Assembly: GCA_963666215.2 (NCBI GenBank)
Contig: CAXWPL010000005.1
Span: 288,001 to 352,000 of the forward strand
Length of the DNA stretch: 64,000 nucleotides
Source of the DNA: Acidobacteriota bacterium
GTDB taxonomy: Bacteria; Acidobacteriota; UBA890; WLXD01
Direction: 5' to 3'
Part shown: piece by piece, positions 55,508 to 64,000 of the stretch
Layout of the letters: each line of letters begins with the position of its first letter
Position numbering within the stretch: the stretch's first letter is position 1
Notes under the pieces: generated by a model
The model's input: only the letters and a program-made list of their open reading frames with translations
Databases searched by the model: none
What the model was told of the DNA's origin: nothing
Program-made: the position numbers and the translations under genes

Positions 55508-56218
55508 GTGATCCCGCTCAAAGATCTCAACCCGAGCCGCTCGACGCCGGTCGTCACCTACACCGTGCTGGCCGTGAACATCGCCGTCTTCCTGTACCAG
55601 GTGCAGCTGCAGTTCGCCGGCGGCGCCGAGGCCTACACCAACTTCGTCACCCAGATGGGCCTCGTGCCGCAGGCGCTGCTGTCGCCATCGGTGTGGGGAG
55701 CGATGCCGATACCCGCGCCGCTAACGCTGCTGACGTCGATGTTCGTGCATGGCGACCTGTTCCATCTGGCCGGCAACATGCTCTACCTGTGGGTCTTCGC
55801 CGATAATGTCGAAGATGCCATGGGCTCGGCGCGCTTTGTCGCCTTTTACGCCGCCTGCGGGCTCGGTGCCGCGGGCGCCCAGCTGCTGGTCATGCCAGAG
55901 AGCCAGGTGCCGATGGTGGGCGCCAGTGGCGCCATCGCCGGCGTGCTCGGCGCGTACATGATCCTGTACCCGTCGGCGCGCGTGTTGACGCTGGTTTTTC
56001 TGTTCTTCTTCGCGCGGATGATGTATCTCCCGGCTGTTCTACTGCTCGGGGTGTGGTTCGTGATTCAGCTCTTGTCGGCCGTGGGAAGCTCCGGCGCGGG
56101 CGTCGCCTGGTTCGCGCATATCGGCGGCTTCGTCGTAGGGGTCGTGCTCATCAAGGCCTTCGCCGCACCCGCCCAGCGGCCCCGTCCCCCACAGGCGCCC
56201 ACCGTTCACCGCGTCTAG
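55508..56218 (+). CDS. Rhomboid intramembrane serine protease
   Basis: MIPLKD start, MFVHG..HL.GNM, GASGA and AHIGG motifs. Confidence 0.94.
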   Translation: MIPLKDLNPSRSTPVVTYTVLAVNIAVFLYQVQLQFAGGAEAYTNFVTQMGLVPQALLSPSVWGAMPIPAPLTLLTSMFVHGDLFHLAGNMLYLWVFADNVEDAMGSARFVAFYAACGLGAAGAQLLVMPESQVPMVGASGAIAGVLGAYMILYPSARVLTLVFLFFFARMMYLPAVLLLGVWFVIQLLSAVGSSGAGVAWFAHIGGFVVGVVLIKAFAAPAQRPRPPQAPTVHRV

Positions 56219-56254
56219 CAGGCTGCACGAATCGACGAGCGGACGACCGGGTTG

Positions 56255-57127
56255 CTAGCCGAGCACTTCGACGATCTTGGCGCCAATTTCCGACGGGCTC
56301 CCGACCACGTGGACACCGGCTTCGCGCAGCGCCGCCATCTTCTCGGCTGCCGTGCCCTTGCCGCCAGCGATGATCGCGCCGGCGTGGCCCATGCGCTTAC
56401 CGGGAGGTGCCGTCTGACCGGCGATGAACGACACGACCGGGAGTGGATAGTCGTCGGCGATCAAGGCGGCGGCCTCTTCTTCGGCGCTGCCGCCGATCTC
56501 GCCGATCATCACCACCGCTCGCGTCTGCTCGTCTTCGGTAAACATCCCGAGGCAATCGCTGAATGTCGTGCCGATGACAGGGTCGCCGCCGATGCCGATG
56601 CAGGTCGATTGCCCGAGCCCGGCGCGAGTGATCTGATCGACCGCCTCGTAGGTCAGCGTACCGGAGCGCGAGATCACGCCGACGTTCCCTTCGCGATGCA
56701 CGAAGCCGGGCATGATCCCGACCTTGCACGAACCCGGAGAGATCACCCCCGGACAATTCGGACCAACCAGCCGCGTGCCGCGAGCATTGCAGTAGCCGAC
56801 CACGTCGACCATATCGAGCGCCGGTATGCCTTCCGTGATGCAGATCGCGAGCCGCATGCCGGCCTCCGCGGCCTCCATAACGGCGTCCGCGGCAAACGGC
56901 GGGGGCACGAAGATCAGCGAGACGTCGGCACCCGTGGCCTCCACCGCTTCGCCCACCGTGTTGAAAACCGGCACCTCGTCGTCGAACTGCTGGCCGCCCT
57001 TGCCGGGGGTGACGCCAGCAACAACGTTGGTGCCGTACTCACGGCATTGACGGGTGTGGAAGGTCCCCTCTGTGCCGGTAATTCCCTGCACCAGAAGCCG
57101 CGTGTCGGCATCTACGAGGATGCTCAT
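56255..57127 (-). CDS. sucD: Succinate--CoA ligase alpha subunit
   Basis: [21 protein letters not shown] and RMGHAGA motifs. Confidence 0.98.
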   Translation of the reverse strand: MSILVDADTRLLVQGITGTEGTFHTRQCREYGTNVVAGVTPGKGGQQFDDEVPVFNTVGEAVEATGADVSLIFVPPPFAADAVMEAAEAGMRLAICITEGIPALDMVDVVGYCNARGTRLVGPNCPGVISPGSCKVGIMPGFVHREGNVGVISRSGTLTYEAVDQITRAGLGQSTCIGIGGDPVIGTTFSDCLGMFTEDEQTRAVVMIGEIGGSAEEEAAALIADDYPLPVVSFIAGQTAPPGKRMGHAGAIIAGGKGTAAEKMAALREAGVHVVGSPSEIGAKIVEVLG

Positions 57128-58338
57128 GAGCCGGCTCCAGAGCCTGCCTCAGCGGCGATCGCGCGAGTTTTCGAAGCGGCCGCGACGGCCTTGCTCGCCG
57201 CCTCGTCCAGCGTTTCGGCGACGATGAACTCGATCTCCGACGCCTCGAGGATCGCTCTGCCTTCCACGGCGTTGGTTCCCTGCAGCCGCACGATGATCGG
57301 AACGTCCACTCGAACCGTCTCGAGCGCCTCGATCACACCTTTGGCCACCCGATCGCAGCGCACGATGCCACCGAAGATATTGATCAGCACCGCCTCTACC
57401 GACGGGGCCTTCATCAGAATGCGGAACGCCGCCGCAACGCGCTCGACAGATGCGCCGCCGCCGACGTCCAGAAAGTTCGCCGGAAAGCCACCGGCGTTGC
57501 TGATCTGGTCCATGGTGCCCATAGCCAGACCTGCGCCGTTGACCATGCAGCCAATCGTGCCGTCGAGTGCGACGTAGCTGAGCGAGTGCTCGGCCGCCTC
57601 GACCTCGAGGGGCTGCTCCTCTGAAGGATCTCGTAGCGCCTCGAGATCCGGATGCCGGTACAGGGCGTTATCGTCGAGGACGATCTTGGCGTCGAGCACG
57701 ATCACTTCGTCGTCATCGGTGATCACCAGCGGGTTGATCTCGGCCATCGAACCGTCCAGCGCACCGAAGATCTCGGCGAGTTGACCCATGACATGGGCCA
57801 CTCGGCGACTCGCCTTGCCCTCTAGGCCGAGGGCAAACGCCAGCCGCTGGGCTTGAAAAGGCCGTAATCCCCACCCTGGTGCGCACGGTTCGCTGTGGAT
57901 GGCCTCGGGCCGCTCAGCCGCGACCTCCTCGATCTCAACACCACCCTCGGCCGAAGCGATGACCACCGGCTGCCGCGACGCACGATCGAGCGTGAGCCCA
58001 ACGTAGAGCTCGCGGGCGATCGCGACACCGGCCTCGACCAGGACCTTCCTGACGATCACACCTTCAGGTCCGGTCTGAGGCGTAACGAGAGGTTGGCCGA
58101 GCATGGCGTCGGCCAGTCGGCCCGCCTCGTCGGGGCTGTCGGCGAGCTTGATGCCTCCCCCCTTGCCGCGGCCACCGGCGTGCACCTGTGCTTTGACGGC
58201 GAACTTGGTGGAGCCGGCAGCGGCCAAGCGTTCGGCAACGGCGCGCGCTTCGTCACCGGTGGCGGCCACACCGCCCTCTGGCACCGTAAGGCCCCGCGCG
58301 CGCAGCAATGCCTTCGACTGGAACTCGTGAAGCTTCAT
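57124..58338 (-). CDS. sucC: Succinate--CoA ligase beta subunit
   Basis: [35 protein letters not shown] and [10 protein letters not shown] motifs. Confidence 0.98.
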   Translation of the reverse strand: MKLHEFQSKALLRARGLTVPEGGVAATGDEARAVAERLAAAGSTKFAVKAQVHAGGRGKGGGIKLADSPDEAGRLADAMLGQPLVTPQTGPEGVIVRKVLVEAGVAIARELYVGLTLDRASRQPVVIASAEGGVEIEEVAAERPEAIHSEPCAPGWGLRPFQAQRLAFALGLEGKASRRVAHVMGQLAEIFGALDGSMAEINPLVITDDDEVIVLDAKIVLDDNALYRHPDLEALRDPSEEQPLEVEAAEHSLSYVALDGTIGCMVNGAGLAMGTMDQISNAGGFPANFLDVGGGASVERVAAAFRILMKAPSVEAVLINIFGGIVRCDRVAKGVIEALETVRVDVPIIVRLQGTNAVEGRAILEASEIEFIVAETLDEAASKAVAAASKTRAIAAEAGSGAGS

Positions 58339-58419
58339 ACGACGCGTCCGGTCAGGAGCGGGGCCGAGCTATCGGACCGATCCTGGTCAAGTGGGGGCTG
58401 GGGCCGAATGGCGAGCCGG

Positions 58420-58428
58420 AGGATAACA
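58420..58428 (-). promoter_or_regulatory. Putative extended -10 (TGTTATCCT) for sucCD
   Basis: TGnTAnnnT match in the bioY-sucC spacer. Confidence 0.4.
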
Positions 58429-58439
58429 ATTTGGCGCCG

Positions 58440-59000
58440 CTAGCGACTCGACGCCGAAGGCCAGCGGCGAACGAGCGTCGACGCTGCCACAATCTTGAGC
58501 ACGTCGCCGGGAATAAAGGGCGCCGCACCCATCAAGAACGCCTGTGCCGGAGACAAGCCCAGCAGTAGCCCGAGATGTAGCGTGCCGCAGAAGAGAATGA
58601 TGACCGTACCCAGCGTCATCGTTGCCGCAGTGCGAGCCCAGCTCAGCTGCCGATCGAGGAGCCGCGAGAGCACCAAGACGGCGACGAACCAACCGAGCAC
58701 GTAGCCACCTGTCGCGCCGCCGAAGGCAGCGAGTCCGCCGCGTAGGCCCGACAGCACCGGCAGGCCGATCAGTGCCAGCCCCACGTATAGACCCACACCG
58801 GCCAGCGCGGTCCGCGTAGCAAGCACCGCCGCCCCGGAATAGAGAACGAATGTTTGCAGCGTGATTGGCACCGGGTTGTTCGGCAGAAGAATCCTCACCT
58901 GCGCGGCAGCGGCGAGTGCCAGGGCGAAACCTCCGGCCATCAGGAGAGCATCGCGCAGCGTCGTTTCTTTCGCGGCGGTACGAACCTCAGTAGCGTGCAT
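58440..59000 (-). CDS. bioY: Biotin transporter BioY
   Basis: PVPITLQT, GLPV.SG, TGGY..G and PFIPGD.LK motifs. Confidence 0.92.
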   Translation of the reverse strand: MHATEVRTAAKETTLRDALLMAGGFALALAAAAQVRILLPNNPVPITLQTFVLYSGAAVLATRTALAGVGLYVGLALIGLPVLSGLRGGLAAFGGATGGYVLGWFVAVLVLSRLLDRQLSWARTAATMTLGTVIILFCGTLHLGLLLGLSPAQAFLMGAAPFIPGDVLKIVAASTLVRRWPSASSR

Positions 59001-59190
59001 CGCGACTCCGTTTGGCGGGCTGTTCTGCTGCGGTTTTCGAGAGGCTCGGCAACTCGATCGCGAGGCTAACTGCGGGGTGAGGGTCGGTCAAGCGAGGCGA
59101 GGCCTCGGAACGACGCCGGAGTCGCCCCAGAGCAACTCCTCAGACTTGCAGGCGCGGAATTCCGACACCACGCGCTCGCCCCAGCTTCCG

Positions 59191-60216
59191 TCAGCCGATG
59201 GACCGCCCGATCACCGGCGCGATCTGCCTGACCTGCCCGAACAGCTTCGAGAATTGGTCGGGGTAGAGCGCCTGCGGACCATCCGAAAGCGCCTCCTCCG
59301 GGTTGGTGTGCACCTCGATAATCAAACCGTCGGCACCGGCCGCGATCGCCGCGAGCGCCAGCGGCGCGACCTTGTCGCGGATGCCGATGGCATGACTCGG
59401 ATCGCCAATCACCGGCAGGTGCGACAGCTTCTTGACGATCGGGAACGCCGAGATGTCGAAGGTGTTGCGGCTGTGGTGCTCGAACGTGCGGATGCCGCGC
59501 TCGCACAGCATGACGTTGCGATTGCCGCCCGCCATCAAGTACTCGGCCGACATCAACCATTCCTCGATCGTCGACGACAAGCCGCGCTTGAGCATCACCG
59601 GCGTCCCAGAGCGCCCGAGCGCCTTGAGCAGCGCGAAGTTCTGCATGTTGCGCGCGCCCACCTGAAAGATATCGACGTACTCCGACATCAATTCGATCTG
59701 CGACGACTCCATGACCTCAGAGATCGTCAACATACCGTTGGCGTCGGCCGCAGAGCGCAGGAAGCGCAGCCCGGGCCCGCCAAGGCCTTGAAACGAATAG
59801 GGCGAGGAGCGTGGCTTGTACGCCCCGCCTCGAAGCACGGTGGCTCCCGCCTTGGCGACGACCGCGGCGACGTTATGGATCTGCTCCTCGCTCTCGACAC
59901 TGCATGGTCCCGCCATCATGACAACGTCGTCGCCGCCGATGACGACGTCGCCGATGCGAATAACCGTCCCCTCAGGACAGAACGAGCGCGACACCAACTT
60001 GTAGGGCTTGGAGACCTTGACCACTTCCTTCACACCGGGCAGGAGCTCGAATACACGCTTGTCGATGCTGGCTCCATCGCCACCCACCGCCCCGATAACT
60101 GTCCGCTCGACCCCCGAGGAACGATGCGCGTCGTAGCCCAGGAAGGTGAGACGCTCGATCACCTGCTGGATCTCTTGCTCCTCGGCGCCCACCTGCATGA
60201 CGACTACCATGGTCAA
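59191..60216 (-). CDS. aroF: DAHP synthase type I-beta with an N-terminal regulatory domain
   Basis: AGPCSVES, RGGAYKPRSSPY.FQG, QVGARNMQN, LCERGIRT and DPSH motifs. Confidence 0.95.
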   Translation of the reverse strand: MTMVVVMQVGAEEQEIQQVIERLTFLGYDAHRSSGVERTVIGAVGGDGASIDKRVFELLPGVKEVVKVSKPYKLVSRSFCPEGTVIRIGDVVIGGDDVVMMAGPCSVESEEQIHNVAAVVAKAGATVLRGGAYKPRSSPYSFQGLGGPGLRFLRSAADANGMLTISEVMESSQIELMSEYVDIFQVGARNMQNFALLKALGRSGTPVMLKRGLSSTIEEWLMSAEYLMAGGNRNVMLCERGIRTFEHHSRNTFDISAFPIVKKLSHLPVIGDPSHAIGIRDKVAPLALAAIAAGADGLIIEVHTNPEEALSDGPQALYPDQFSKLFGQVRQIAPVIGRSIG

Positions 60217-60223
60217 CCTCTAC

Positions 60224-60541
60224 TCAAGAGCCTGTTGAAGGTGAAAATTCTTCCGCACGCTTCGATCGTTCGAGCCGGCGGGCCTCGTCAAGAACACGCT
60301 CGAGCAACCGCTGCACCGCGGCGTCTTCGAGGGGGCCGTGGTTCGCTTCCAGGGCCCGCTTGATCACCCGAGCCTCACGATCGGGCTGATAGATCTGGTC
60401 ACCGGTGACGTTCTTCGCCTCTCCGATGGCCAGCACGTGTCCTGCACGCTCGCTCAGAAGACCAACGAGCTCGACGTCGATGCGATCGATTTCCACGCGA
60501 GCCGCCTCGATCTGTTCCCGAGCTCGTTCCAAGTCGCTCAT
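60224..60541 (-). CDS. Chorismate mutase (AroQ/CM_2)
   Basis: R.EID.ID..LV.LL.ER...IG..K......PDRE pattern. Confidence 0.9.
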   Translation of the reverse strand: MSDLERAREQIEAARVEIDRIDVELVGLLSERAGHVLAIGEAKNVTGDQIYQPDREARVIKRALEANHGPLEDAAVQRLLERVLDEARRLERSKRAEEFSPSTGS

Positions 60542-60545
60542 GTGT

Positions 60546-61487
60546 CTAGGACGTCCGCGCCGGCGGCGCCGGTTGGCCTTGGTCTGATGACGCCGTGTTC
60601 ACGTCGCCACTGAGCTCGGCGGCGGCATCCCTCAAGGCGGCAATCATCTCACCCGCCGCGGCCGCGCAGGCACCGAAATCGTTGGCCTCCTCACGACCTG
60701 CGTCAGGGCGCCGGTCCCAGGCCCCGTCAATGACCTCGAGCAGGGCGCTGCCAACAACCACCCCGTCGGCGTGGGGCCCGAGCGCCCGCACGTGCGCCGG
60801 TGCCTTGATCCCAAAGCCGACCACGAAGGGTTTTTGAGCCAAACGCCTGACACGTCGGAGAAAATCGACCGTACGCTCATGCACGTCGCCTCGAGCGCCG
60901 GTGACTCCGGTGACGGATACGCAGTATGAGAAATGTGTCGAGAGCTCGTCGACGAGGCGAATGCGATCGTCCGGCGCGTTGGGTGCCACAAGGAACACCG
61001 CGGCGAGACCACGCTGCAGGCAACCCTCGCGATACTCGCTAGCCTCTTCGGGCGGCAAATCGGGAACGATAAGCCCGTCCACGCCGGCTGCGATGGCGTC
61101 GTCGAGAAACGACGACAAGCCGTAACGCAGGATCGGGTTGCAGTAGCCCATCAGGACCAGCGGTAGCTCCCGAGTCGACGGCTGGGCGCGCAGCGCCCGC
61201 ACAGCGTCGAGCGTCCGCGCCAGGCTAGCGCCGTTGGCGAGGGCACGCTCGCTGGCACGCTGGATGGTTGGGCCGTCGGCGAGCGGATCGGAGAACGGCA
61301 CGCCGATCTCGATGATATCGGCGCCGGCGGCGGCAATCGCCGTCACCAATGGCACGGTAGCGTTGAGCGCCGGATAACCGAACGTCACGAACGGAATCAG
61401 CAGCGGACGACCGTCGCGACGCCCCGATGCCAGGGCGCGCGCCAGCCGCCCCGACTTGTCCTCAGGAACCACCGATGCAGCGCTCAT
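60546..61487 (-). CDS. trpA: Tryptophan synthase alpha subunit
   Basis: [33 protein letters not shown] and DGVVVGSA motifs. Confidence 0.96.
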   Translation of the reverse strand: MSAASVVPEDKSGRLARALASGRRDGRPLLIPFVTFGYPALNATVPLVTAIAAAGADIIEIGVPFSDPLADGPTIQRASERALANGASLARTLDAVRALRAQPSTRELPLVLMGYCNPILRYGLSSFLDDAIAAGVDGLIVPDLPPEEASEYREGCLQRGLAAVFLVAPNAPDDRIRLVDELSTHFSYCVSVTGVTGARGDVHERTVDFLRRVRRLAQKPFVVGFGIKAPAHVRALGPHADGVVVGSALLEVIDGAWDRRPDAGREEANDFGACAAAAGEMIAALRDAAAELSGDVNTASSDQGQPAPPARTS

Positions 61488-62737
61488 GCGTCGTCCAGTG
61501 CCGCGAGCGTGGCGACGTCCTTGTCACCGCGTCCGGAAAGGCAAACAACCACTCTGTCGTCTGGATCCAAACGTCCGGTGTCGCCCATCTGCAGCAGGTG
61601 GGCGACGGCGTGGGCGGACTCGAGGGCGGGGATGATTCCCTCGATGAGTGACAGCTGACGCAGCGCGGCGAGCGCCATGTCGTCGGTCACGGCCACGTAT
61701 TCCGCCCGTCCGGTGGACTTGAGCCAGGCGTGCTCGGGGCCGACGCCCGGATAGTCGAGGCCGGCCGATATCGAGTGCGCCAGCTGGATTTGGCCGTCGT
61801 CGTTCTGCAGCAAGAAAGAACGCGCCCCGTGCAGCACGCCCGGAGTGCCCACCGAAAGCGTGGCCGAATGCCGTCCGCTGTCGAGCCCTTCGCCCGCCGC
61901 CTCAACGCCGATGAGTCTCGGCCCGTCGTCGATCCAGTCGTGAAACAGGCCGATCGCGTTGCTGCCACCACCAACGCAGGCGAGCAGGATGTCGGGACTC
62001 CCCTCCTTCAGCTCGGCGAGCTGCGCCCGCACCTCGCGCCCGATCACCGACTGAAAGTCGCGCACCATGGCTGGGTACGGATGCGGGCCGACCACCGAGC
62101 CGATGATGTAGAAAGTCCCCTCGACATTCGTGACCCAATCGCGGATGGCTTCGTTGGTGGCATCTTTGAGCGTTCGACTGCCGGACGACACCGGAACCAC
62201 GCGAGCTCCGAGCAGATCCATCCGATACACGTTCAGCCGCTGACGTCGAATGTCTTCCTCGCCCATGTAGACAACACACTCGAGGCCGAACATTGCGGCC
62301 GCGGTGGCGGTTGCAACGCCGTGCTGACCCGCTCCCGTCTCGGCGATCACCCGGCGCTTGCCCATGCGGCGCGCCAACAATGCCTGACCGAGCGTGTTGT
62401 TGATCTTGTGCGCACCCGTATGCAGTAGGTCCTCGCGCTTGAGCCAAACCCGCGCTCCCACCTCCTCCGACAGCCTCGGCGCGGCGTACAAAGGCGTGGG
62501 TCGGCCGGCGTAGGTGGCCAGCAGGTGCTGCAGCTCGGCCACGAAGTCGGGGGCGGCGAGGGCTTCGCGGTAGGCGGTTTCGAGCTCGAACAGCGCGGGC
62601 ATGAGCGTTTCGGGAACGTAGCGTCCGCCGAACTCGCCGAATCGCCCCGAATTGTCGGGAAGAACAGGCCGATCGGAAGTGTCCGACGGATCGGACGGCC
62701 CGGGTTGCTCTGGCAGAAACGCGGAGAAGCGCTTCAT
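61484..62737 (-). CDS. trpB: Tryptophan synthase beta subunit
   Basis: [30 protein letters not shown] and [11 protein letters not shown] motifs; ATG 62737 overlaps the trpF stop. Confidence 0.97.
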   Translation of the reverse strand: MKRFSAFLPEQPGPSDPSDTSDRPVLPDNSGRFGEFGGRYVPETLMPALFELETAYREALAAPDFVAELQHLLATYAGRPTPLYAAPRLSEEVGARVWLKREDLLHTGAHKINNTLGQALLARRMGKRRVIAETGAGQHGVATATAAAMFGLECVVYMGEEDIRRQRLNVYRMDLLGARVVPVSSGSRTLKDATNEAIRDWVTNVEGTFYIIGSVVGPHPYPAMVRDFQSVIGREVRAQLAELKEGSPDILLACVGGGSNAIGLFHDWIDDGPRLIGVEAAGEGLDSGRHSATLSVGTPGVLHGARSFLLQNDDGQIQLAHSISAGLDYPGVGPEHAWLKSTGRAEYVAVTDDMALAALRQLSLIEGIIPALESAHAVAHLLQMGDTGRLDPDDRVVVCLSGRGDKDVATLAALDDA

Positions 62738-63372
62738 CGATTCGACTCCAGCGCCGCGGCAAAAGCCCGCAGCTTGGCCCAATCCTTGCGTCCGGGACTC
62801 GACTCCACTCCCGACGAAACATCCACCGCCCAAGGTTGTACCTGGCTCACGGCCGCCGCCACGTTGGACGGGTTGAGTCCGCCGGCCAAAAAAAGCCGAT
62901 AGCGGCCGGCCAAATGAGCGGCGACGCTCCAGTTGCCCGTGCAACCCGTGCCGCCGTACAACCGCTTCGAGGCAGTATCAACCAGAAGCGTGCACTCCGG
63001 ATACCGGGCAGCGAGCGCGTCGGCTTCATCGATCGTGGTTGCGTCGCTCACTCGCAAGGCCTTGATAGCGTGCCGCGTCAGTGGCGCGACATCTCCATTT
63101 GCCCGACTTGGTCGATCACAGTGCAGCTGCAGAAAATCGAGCCCCACAGCAGCCACGGCTCGATCCATCTCGCCGACCGTGGCGTCGACAAAAACGCCGA
63201 TCCGCCAGGTCTCCTCCGGCAATCGCGCCGAAATCGCCGCCGCTCGCTCCAGCGTGACGGCGCGCAGGCTCGGCTCGTAGAAGACGAGACCAATCGCGTC
63301 GGCACCCGCCTCGACCGCGGCCATGCCGTCGTCGGCGGTCGTGATGCCGCACACCTTCCACCGTGGTCTCAC
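62734..63372 (-). CDS. trpF: Phosphoribosylanthranilate isomerase
   Basis: KVCGIT, LQLH, GGTG, LAGGL and VDVSSGVE motifs; GTG 63372 overlaps the trpC stop. Confidence 0.94.
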   Translation of the reverse strand: MRPRWKVCGITTADDGMAAVEAGADAIGLVFYEPSLRAVTLERAAAISARLPEETWRIGVFVDATVGEMDRAVAAVGLDFLQLHCDRPSRANGDVAPLTRHAIKALRVSDATTIDEADALAARYPECTLLVDTASKRLYGGTGCTGNWSVAAHLAGRYRLFLAGGLNPSNVAAAVSQVQPWAVDVSSGVESSPGRKDWAKLRAFAAALESNR

Positions 63373-64000
63373 GATGTCTCGCCGTCCGCTTCCGCTTCTG
63401 CGGCCAAGTCGGCAAGCCACTCGGCGAGCACCGCGCCCGGATCGTCGGCGCGCATGAAGGCGCTGCCGATGAGCGCTCCCTGGTAGCCCACCTGATGGAG
63501 TCGAATCAACGTGCTCGGACCCGCGATGCCGCTCTCAGCAACACGCAGGATGTCCGCGGGAAGATCGGGGGCGATCGCGATCGAGTGCTCCACATCGACG
63601 CGCATGGTGCGCAGGTCCCGATTGTTGATGCCAATCAGACCGCTGCCGCACTCCACGGCAGCCGTCAGCGAACGATACCCATGGACCTCGACCAGGGCGT
63701 CGAGGCCGAGGTCGTGCGCTGTGCCCACAAGATCGGCGAGCTGGCCAGCGGAAAGCACGTTGGCAATCAGCAGCAAGGCGCCCGCGCCAGCGAGCGCGGC
63801 CTCGTGCACCTGGTAGGTATCGACGATGAAGTCCTTGCGTAAGGTGGGCACCTCCACCGCTGCGGAGACTGCCCGCAGGTCGTCGAGTGAGCCATCGAAG
63901 TAGTGCTCTTCGGTGAGCACCGACACCGCCACCGCGCCGGCAGACTGATAGCCCGTGGCGATAAACACCGAATCGAAGTCCTCCGAATCGTCGGTGGGAC
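63369..64000 (-). CDS. trpC: Indole-3-glycerol-phosphate synthase (5' end outside the window)
   Basis: SVLTE..YF.GS, LRKDF, LVEVH, GINNRDL and VAESGI motifs. Confidence 0.95.
   Translation of the reverse strand, partial: PTDDSEDFDSVFIATGYQSAGAVAVSVLTEEHYFDGSLDDLRAVSAAVEVPTLRKDFIVDTYQVHEAALAGAGALLLIANVLSAGQLADLVGTAHDLGLDALVEVHGYRSLTAAVECGSGLIGINNRDLRTMRVDVEHSIAIAPDLPADILRVAESGIAGPSTLIRLHQVGYQGALIGSAFMRADDPGAVLAEWLADLAAEAEADGETS

Overview
High-GC (visibly about two-thirds G+C), gene-dense chromosomal segment, mostly transcribed on the minus strand. It probably comes from an Acidobacteriota-like Gram-negative bacterium; this is inferred from the Kdo/LapB genes, alpha2-type GlyRS, the SecF and FolD insertions and the aldolase + BMC-P-triplet locus. 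Housekeeping blocks: rel-secF-secD-yajC-tgt-thiL-cca-nrdR; kdsB-pyrG-kdsA-kdsD-kdsC-lapB; metG-nth-glyQS; pckA-manC-PMM; sucCD; and aroF-CM-trpABFC. Four parts stand out. (1) A minimal bacterial-microcompartment locus: a class II aldolase with an encapsulation-peptide-like tail, 1 BMC-H and 3 BMC-P, coupled to folD-coaE. (2) A lipid cluster (DAGK-family kinase, unusual class II aldolase-fold protein, fatty acyl-AMP ligase, ACP) fused to the Kdo operon and divergent from inositol-3-phosphate synthase + CDP-alcohol phosphatidyltransferase. (3) A ~340-nt structured leader with UUCG and GNRA tetraloop hairpins upstream of ino1. (4) Two dispersed ~150-nt rod-like palindromic elements (36416-36564, 48894-49044) whose stems covary between copies, suggesting an unannotated structured RNA or MITE family. 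I found no tRNA, rRNA, CRISPR array or transposase. All product calls come from reading motifs by eye; no database search was run.
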